Source: Podarcis muralis (Eukaryota). From it: a stretch of DNA of 64,000 nt. The notes under the pieces were generated by a model. That model was not told the DNA's origin. It did no database searches and worked only from the letters and a program-made list of their open reading frames with translations. The stretch covers positions 45,136,001 through 45,200,000 of the forward strand of contig NC_135659.1 of assembly GCF_964188315.1 (NCBI RefSeq), in the 5' to 3' direction. A program made the translations under genes and the position numbers. Of this stretch, positions 51,001 through 64,000 are shown in pieces. Each line of letters begins with the position of its first letter. Position 1 is the stretch's first letter.

Positions 51001-52862
51001 CTACTGACTGAGCTAGCCATTATGATCTTCATGGTATCTGTTAAGTTGTGGGTGAACGCAGTGGCGTAGCTTGGGGGGTGCAGGGGGGGCCGGCCGCACC
51101 GGGCGCAACATCTGGGGTTAGGGCAAATCCACAGGTTAGGGGGCGCAAATCCACGGGTTAGGGGGCGCAAATTACTTGCCTTGCCCCGGGTGCTGACAAC
51201 CCACGCTACGCCACTGGGTGAACGTATCAGACAACACAGAGATTCTTCAAACAGCTCTTGTTTATTCACAGGCCAGGCCAGAACTGAAGGGTTCAGCCAT
51301 CTTGCTTATATAGAGCTCCACTACAATGCAACAGTAACAACTTTCTGTAACTATCCAATCACTGAACGTCACTTTCAATTCCTTATTTGCATATGTGGAC
51401 CTGAGTGAAAACTATCTACAGTATCCCCCTGCTGGCTCAGGGTGAGAACTTCAGTACAGTGGTACTTCGGGTTACATACGCTTCAGGTTACAGACTCCGC
51501 TAACCCAGAAATAGTACCTCAGGTTAAGAACTTTGCTTCAGGATGAGAACAGAAATTGTGCTCTGGAGGCGCGGCGGCAGTGGGAGGCCCCATAGGCTAA
51601 AGTGGTGCTTCAGGTTAAGAATAGTTTCAGGTTAAGAACGGACCTCCAGAACGAATTAAATACTTAACCTGAGGTACCACTGTACATAACAGTATCACCC
51701 TTTCATGACAGTCTATGAAATATCTTTCTTTGGTTCTTATTCCAAAACACATTTTGCCTCAGTCATACTCAACAACCAAGAATGCACAGACCATACAGTG
51801 TAAGTTTTGAGAATGCGCATATGCATGCTTTGACTTTTCTGTGCATTTTAAAGACAGTGCAGTTACTTATTAGAAAGTGCAGCTTAATGATTGAAGAGTA
51901 TGTTGTAAGAGAGAGCAAAGTGTGTTTGTTCTTTCTCCTGACAGTACATTTGGGCAACCTGGAGCTTTAGTAATCACTGTCTCTTTTCTAAACCCACATC
52001 ATGTACTTAAAACAAATTCAATGCATTTTCAAAGCACATGGTTACCGGAAACTGTCATTTTCTCTCCTCCCTCTTGCCAGAACTACAATTCCTTACACCC
52101 TTACCAGTCCCCATAATTCTTTGAGGGAAGTTATGTGCTTTGAATGTATGGTCTGGATCTGACCAGGGAGAAGAGAGTCTGAGATCTGCTGCTTACTTAC
52201 TGGAGTTCTTCTCAAGCCATTAATATGCACATGAAATACAGACCTTGCCATTTCACCACCCAATTTGTTCACAGTTAATTCCAGATAGTTATATCTGGCC
52301 TGAGTTGTTTTGTGCCTTTTGTAACCTTCCCCAATTTTCTCAATATGTTCTGGCTCAATTCAGGCTGCACACCCACCCACTTAATTATTGTTTAATGTGG
52401 TGTCTAAATTGTCAAACCATGGTTCACGATAAGCTAACAGTACAGAATCAGAAACCATGTTTTGAAATGAGTTGCCAAACGGCAGCTTGTGTTAACAAAT
52501 ACCAGGAGACCTTTAAAAATATTCAACTTACCATGCATGAAGTCCAGTATGTGACGTATTTCCCCTCTAAAATCTACTAGAGGGGTGTTGGGTGCAGGAC
52601 AGCCCTGAGACACTTCGTCTTCTAGCCTTTGCCATCTGACTTTCAAGACGAAGAGTAAGTACTGGAAACTGAAGAAAGTTGGACCCCAGTTTTCATAGCC
52701 GAAATTGGGGTTTCTTGCCATGCTGCTCTTTCCCCCTTGCTTCAAAATGTATCTCTTTGCGGTAGCTGGGAATAAGATCAAGCAGATTTTACCAATAGCC
52801 GTAAAGAAGCACACTTCAAAGAGAATCCAGAACTTTTGCACCAATGTCCTGATTTTGAACAT
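48047..52862 (-). CDS. DIO1: Type I iodothyronine deiodinase, selenoprotein (4 exons, 246 aa, Sec at TGA 50414-50412)
   Basis: Exons 52862-52532, 50452-50309 ([15 protein letters not shown]...IYIEEAHAS), 49458-49259 (DGWAFKNN...YAALPERLY) and 48112-48047 ([11 protein letters not shown]). In frame through the TGA; SECIS downstream. Confidence 0.97.
49913..50041. mobile_element. Palindromic short MITE-like repeat (ACTACAACTCCCATCATCC family)
   Basis: Imperfect inverted arms of about 39 bp (CCAGATATTGTTGGA / TCCAACAACATCTGG) around the family core. Confidence 0.7.
50878..51018 (-). mobile_element. tRNA-Lys-derived SINE with CR1-type 3' end
   Basis: 50951-51018 (minus) resembles tRNA-Lys(CTT), GCTAGCTCAGTCAGTAGAGCATGAGAC...GGGTTCAAGCC, and is fused to a CR1 tail GGGGTTGGACTAGATGACC...TTCCAACTC. 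Confidence 0.8.
51059..51216. mobile_element. hAT-type MITE nested in the LTR
   Basis: TIR CAGTGGCGTAGC/GCTACGCCACTG; perfect 8-bp TSD GGTGAACG at 51051-51058 and 51217-51224. Confidence 0.92.
51457..51682. mobile_element. Tigger/pogo-type MITE nested in the LTR
   Basis: Same family as 57-290; TIRs CAGTGGTAC.../...GTACCACTG; TA TSD at 51455-51456 and 51683-51684. Confidence 0.92.
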
Positions 52863-53499
52863 CTTGCCAGAATGAGAGACTGCTGTGTTGTGCAAAGTAG
52901 AGAAAGGAGGAAAGAGGGGGAAAGTAGATGAAGTAGCTTAGCTTTTGAACATGCATATGCAAGACTTCTGCTATTGGCTCACCAACTGCCAACTGCCATT
53001 CTAAAGGTTACGGTAACTGAAATGTTAATCAGAATAAATAATTTGCAGTTTCCAGGAATCAAGGGTGTATCCCTTCTCCTGTGCTGTTGGGTTTGTACAT
53101 GTTCCAATAGTATTTCGGTGCACCAATTATTACTGCTGGAGGATTCAGAACCAGGATCACTTTTTAGAATGATCTAATTTGTTTGAACTGAGGAATATGA
53201 ACAGGAATTAAATTTTTTGTTTGTTTTTAAATCAGAACTCCTGACCTCCCCACCACCACTTGACATCTTTTTAAAAGTAAGTGTGGCCTTTGTGCATATC
53301 AGCTGTATGGATAATTCCCATCTCCCTTTAATGTCCTGTTGCTATTTGTATTGTGCATGTACGCTGCTGCACTTGCTCTCACAACAGCCACTGCTCCCAT
53401 TTCACATACAGTATGAAAGCAGAATGCTTGAGGCTGTGTGGCAGCGGAGGACTTCTGTTTATTTTTAACAGCTGGGCAATCCAACAAGCATAAAGATTA

Positions 53500-54420
53500 A
53501 GCAACAGGTAGAGTTTGGTCTATTGCGTCTCTGAACAACACAGTTGTGAAAGACAAGGGAGCTGCCGGGAAGAAAACAAACCTGTTTATCGGCGTCGCCC
53601 TGCTCAGTTCCCACACATCTGTTTTGGAGGGAGTGTTTCTTCTTCACTTTAAGGGAAGATGTAACAGTTTGTTCCGCCTTCAGGGGCTGAAATCTTCCTA
53701 GCGAGATCATTAAGGAGGGTCGTGTGAAGGCGGTGCTGCGCTGCCCATCGGAGCAGAGAACGGGGTTCTTGAAATCATGGTGCGAGAAGGAGGGAAAGAG
53801 GCTGTTTGAATGAGTAACCAGTTCAAGAACCTGCAGGCAGGCAGCCCTTGGAGCTTACTCCCAAGGGAGCATGCATAGGATTGCAGTTTGTCCTTTACAA
53901 GCAGCTCTGCAAAAGGCAGAGCTGCAGCTTGGAAGGTTAACAGTTATATTTATTGCGGCACAAGCTTCCGCACCCCTAATCTCACCTGCCGCGACAAATC
54001 TGCTGGGCTTTATAAGGCGCCCGGTGCCAACTGGAGGCGCTGCTCGCTTTCTCTTTAAAAGGAGGGGACAGGCGAGCGACGGAGAGACGCGCCGGTCGGC
54101 TCGGGCCTCTTAAAGGGCGCCCTGTCTCTTTAAGGAGGAGAGAAGTTAAAGCAGCCGCCGAGCCCTTGCCGTTTCCGGCAACACAGGCCCTCGGTACGTA
54201 GCGTCCCTTTTTTGGCACCGGGAGGTAGTGGCCGCGCCGCCGCCTCGTGGAGTGGGTGGGTGGGAGGGAGGGACAAGGTCCATCCTGCGGCCTGGCCCAA
54301 AGGGAAGCTTCACACGTTAGGGGGAAAGGAAAGAGAAAGACCCGTGTCTGCGCGGGTGGAACACCACCCCCCTTGCCGGCTCCCTGGTGCGCAGACCCCA
54401 CGTTCGAATGATGCAGCCGG
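53500..54420. promoter_or_regulatory. CpG island / YIPF1 promoter, divergent from DIO1
   Basis: CpG-rich segment between the DIO1 ATG (52862, -) and the first YIPF1 coding exon; ETS-like TTTCCGG at about 54171; candidate non-coding exon donors at 54193 and 54224. Confidence 0.7.
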
Positions 54421-55792
54421 GGGCTTATTCATTGCGCCCAAATAGGACCGCAGGCAAGGGAAGCGATGGCTGCTGCCCCTCTCTTCCCGCCATAAGAGGC
54501 ATCTCTTAATACAGATGGGTCCCTCCTTCGTGTCCTTTAACCGCCTTAGCAGTGCCAAGGGTGGGTTTTCTCCCTCGCAGCCACCTTTATGGCGTTAAAT
54601 ATGGAAGCGGCGGTGATTTGCATGGAACCGGGAAGTGATTTTGGGCTGACACATAGATAGGTGACGAGCGCAAGGCTGCTGGTTACATCAAGGCTTGTCT
54701 CTTGCTACGTCTTCAGTCTCCATGTAATAAAAGCGTATTTGCTTGGAAGTTAGCTTCATGGGTTCCCCAAAAGCACTTCAGGGTTGGGTATTTTGGGGGG
54801 GGGGGCTGTTAGGCACTGGGTAGTTTTTTATTTCCCTGCTGGAAGACTGCAGTGGCCAGAATACTTGCCTGCCTGCTTTCCCATATCTTGACCACTACAG
54901 ATTTCCAGTAGGATATTCCGTCAGCAACCTTAGGACTTGAAAGATAAAGCCGCACGAAACTGCTTCTGAGGAAGTGCTCCTAGATTTTGTGTATGTGGTG
55001 TAAGAAGCAGCAAGAGCACCAGGGCTAATGCTACTGTAACGGTACCTCTGGGGCTGTGACCACATAGTAAGACAGCCATCCAGGACAACCGCTGCTGTAT
55101 GGATCTGGCAGCTTTTCACCATACCACAGTAAATCACCAAAAAGAATCATTGGCAGTGGTACAGATTTTGACATGCTTACAGATACAGTGCAGCCTTCAT
55201 CCTGTGTGTTTGTGACTTTTTGTTGCCTTGCACAAGGCAAAGATGACTAATATATTATTAAAAAAGAACAAATGGAATCACATTTGGATTTCTAGGAGAC
55301 ATCAGGTTGCTTTTTTGTTTGTGTGATTCAGGCCTTAGACTTTTGAGTTTGCTTTTTGTAATCTAGTTTATTATATTAATTGCCAGAAAGGTAGTTGCAC
55401 CCAGGTTAGTTGGCTTGTATGTTTCTATTTAAAAAGCTGTACTAAGCATGGATTGCTTTCCTTTTCCCCTGTTATACTCTGCCTGAGCCGTTTATTTGCG
55501 ATCCTTGGATGAAGGGCGGTATAGAAATTTAGTAAATAATAATAATTCTGCCCGTTATATCTGTATTTATATCATTCTCCTTATTGCTTGTAGTAATCTG
55601 GATGAAGTGGACTAATCTTGTTGGGAGTCTATCTGAAGGTTTCTTCAGATTTCCAGGATGTTTCATAGATTCCAGTTTTGTCAATATGTGAATAATAGAG
55701 TTCCATTTTTAATTTGAAACTGTATTTAATCTGCTTCATGTTTTCCAGCTATTTTTCACTTCTGAGCACTTCGTTGGGACATTGGTGCATGA

Positions 55793-62365
<6,573 letters not shown>

Positions 62366-63282
62366 CAAAGGTAAGCATTTCAAAAGTTACGCCCTATGTT
62401 GGTGGTCTTGCTATAACTCACTTCAGTTTAAGCAGTGATGCTTGTTGGGTCGAATTCTATGTTAAGTGTGCTTGGGTTCTCAGGTGGGTCTTCTAATTAC
62501 ATCCTTGCTTGCTGTTCTTGTGCCACAGCAGCTGTGATGACACCCTGCACAAGGCAAGTGTGGCACTGCTGGACAAATTAAGCAGCCTTTTAATTCCCCT
62601 CGCCATCATGAATGAATTTCAGCAACTCACCTATGCGGGGAAAACTCAATATATGAGCCTGGAGACACTAGTAGGATAGAGGCAAAATGACCCTAGTTGC
62701 CCTGAACCTTAAAAATCAATTTTGCTCACAACTGCATAGTATCTTGTGATGATTCTTGGTCACAGTGAAGTGTGAGAAAATGCTGTAAACCCACTTATCA
62801 CTCCCCACCCTCCCATTTAGACAAAGTACACCTGACAGTTCTCTACACGATAGCATACCGAGGCAGTCACGTTTAATTAGCTAACAGGCTTGCTTCAGTG
62901 TTTATCTGTATCCTTCTCGGTGCATTTCATGGATATGATCATTTTTTGTTACCGGATGAGTATTTCTACAGATTAGAATTAGAACTGGAATACATGAGGG
63001 CCCACATCCAAAATCTGAATATGTTCTATTAAAATAAAAATGGACCTTTGCAACGTATCTGGTACAATTAAAACACATTAACAAACCTTGCAAAACTGCA
63101 ACGAAACTAAGAAGTGCTTCAGAACAAGGACAAATGCAAGTTTACAGGTTTTGCTCTCCTTTCTAAGTTTTTTATTCTGGACAAATTGTGTAGACAGTAG
63201 CAAAGAAGCTCTAGAACTTGATGCCTTCAGCATTCTGCATTTTAGATTCATAATACTAACTTGCTTGTCTTTCCCTCCTCAG

Positions 63283-63650
63283 ATATATATTTCTTCATCT
63301 GTGGGATATTGCTTTATTGGGGCTTTCCCATATTGAAAAAAAGAAAACCCAAAAGATCTGAAAAGAAGCATCAGCGAAAGCCAAAAGTTCTTAATGACAC
63401 ATCAGCAAAACCATCTAAATTCATAGTACCTGACACTTGAATGATCAACTAGTAATGGACTTAGTTGAAATTCTGCTCTGTTGAAGCAAAAGATAAAAAA
63501 GGGTTCAGTTCAGTGGAATTAATTTCACCTGGAGATTTGAATCCTAAAAATTTCAGCTGTAGATTTAAACCCTAATAATTTATTATTTTTTATCTTCTGC
63601 ATAATTCTTGTTTTGTCATCAAATAAAAATGACTCAAAATGCCACCAACA
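63283..63650 (+). other. Putative non-coding terminal 3'UTR exon of YIPF1
   Basis: Donor AAG|GTAAG at 62370/62371 just after the stop; branch-like CTAAC, pyrimidine tract and CAG ending at 63282; AATAAA at 63622-63627. Confidence 0.55.
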
Positions 63651-64000
63651 TTTCTAAGTATTTCTTCCCAAAAGCCTGTATATTTTGCTGTATTTATAAT
63701 ACATCATCAGCATCCACAGGATTTTGTGGGGAGGATGGGAGCATATGCATACAAACATAATTATAACTGACTAGGTTTTGCTCAGAAAAGACCAATTTAA
63801 ATTAGTGGACCCAAGTTAGTCATATTCATTCATTTCAGAAGGTCTACTCTGAGTGGGACTAGCATTGGATACAAACCATAATATTTTTATGAGTTTGTGG
63901 GTCCCAGCCCTCTATAATCCTTGGACCCAGCAGGTGTTAGATTTAATCAAGGCTTGTGTGTTAAGCTGAGTGCTAGACACTTCTGATTCCTGGATGCAGC

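Larger units (their letters stand above)
51039..51691 (-). mobile_element. Solo LTR (259 bp native) interrupted by two MITEs
   Basis: TGTTA...TAACA termini; 5-bp TSD GTATC at 51034-51038 and 51692-51696; octamer at 51385-51392, CCAAT at 51355-51359; on minus, TATATAAG at about 51305-51312 and AATAAA at 51266-51261. Confidence 0.85.

Noticed and set aside
50951-51018. tRNA-Lys(CTT) gene
   Set aside because: The invariant U33 is replaced by G (GAC-G-CTT-AA), the acceptor stem is degenerate, and the sequence is fused to a CR1 tail. It is a SINE head.
53871-54558. ORFs in the YIPF1 CpG island
   Set aside because: GC-rich chance ORFs; the YIPF1 coding sequence starts at 55793.

Overview
Vertebrate genomic DNA, almost certainly from a squamate reptile and probably a lacertid lizard, judging by Sauria SINEs of the Podarcis type plus BovB, CR1 and L2 LINEs. 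The window holds seven spliced genes in the order known from human 1p32.3: TCEANC2 (-, last exon not in window), TMEM59 (+), LDLRAD1 (+), LRRC42 (-), IFT25/HSPB11 (+), DIO1 (-) and YIPF1 (+). Six of them form three head-to-head pairs. I traced all coding exons by hand; they have GT-AG boundaries and join in frame. DIO1 is a selenoprotein that the ORF track breaks: it has an in-frame TGA (50412-50414) in SCT-U-PSF and a textbook SECIS hairpin (47681-47760). The most unusual structures are transposon-derived: a solo LTR carrying two nested MITEs in DIO1 intron 1, a 1.44-kb Tc2-type MITE with a compound minisatellite array in LDLRAD1 intron 3, and a head-to-head CR1/L2 fusion. I found no convincing new multi-gene system, no CRISPR array, no rRNA and no functional tRNA. 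Gene and repeat-family names come from my recall of homologues, not from database searches.
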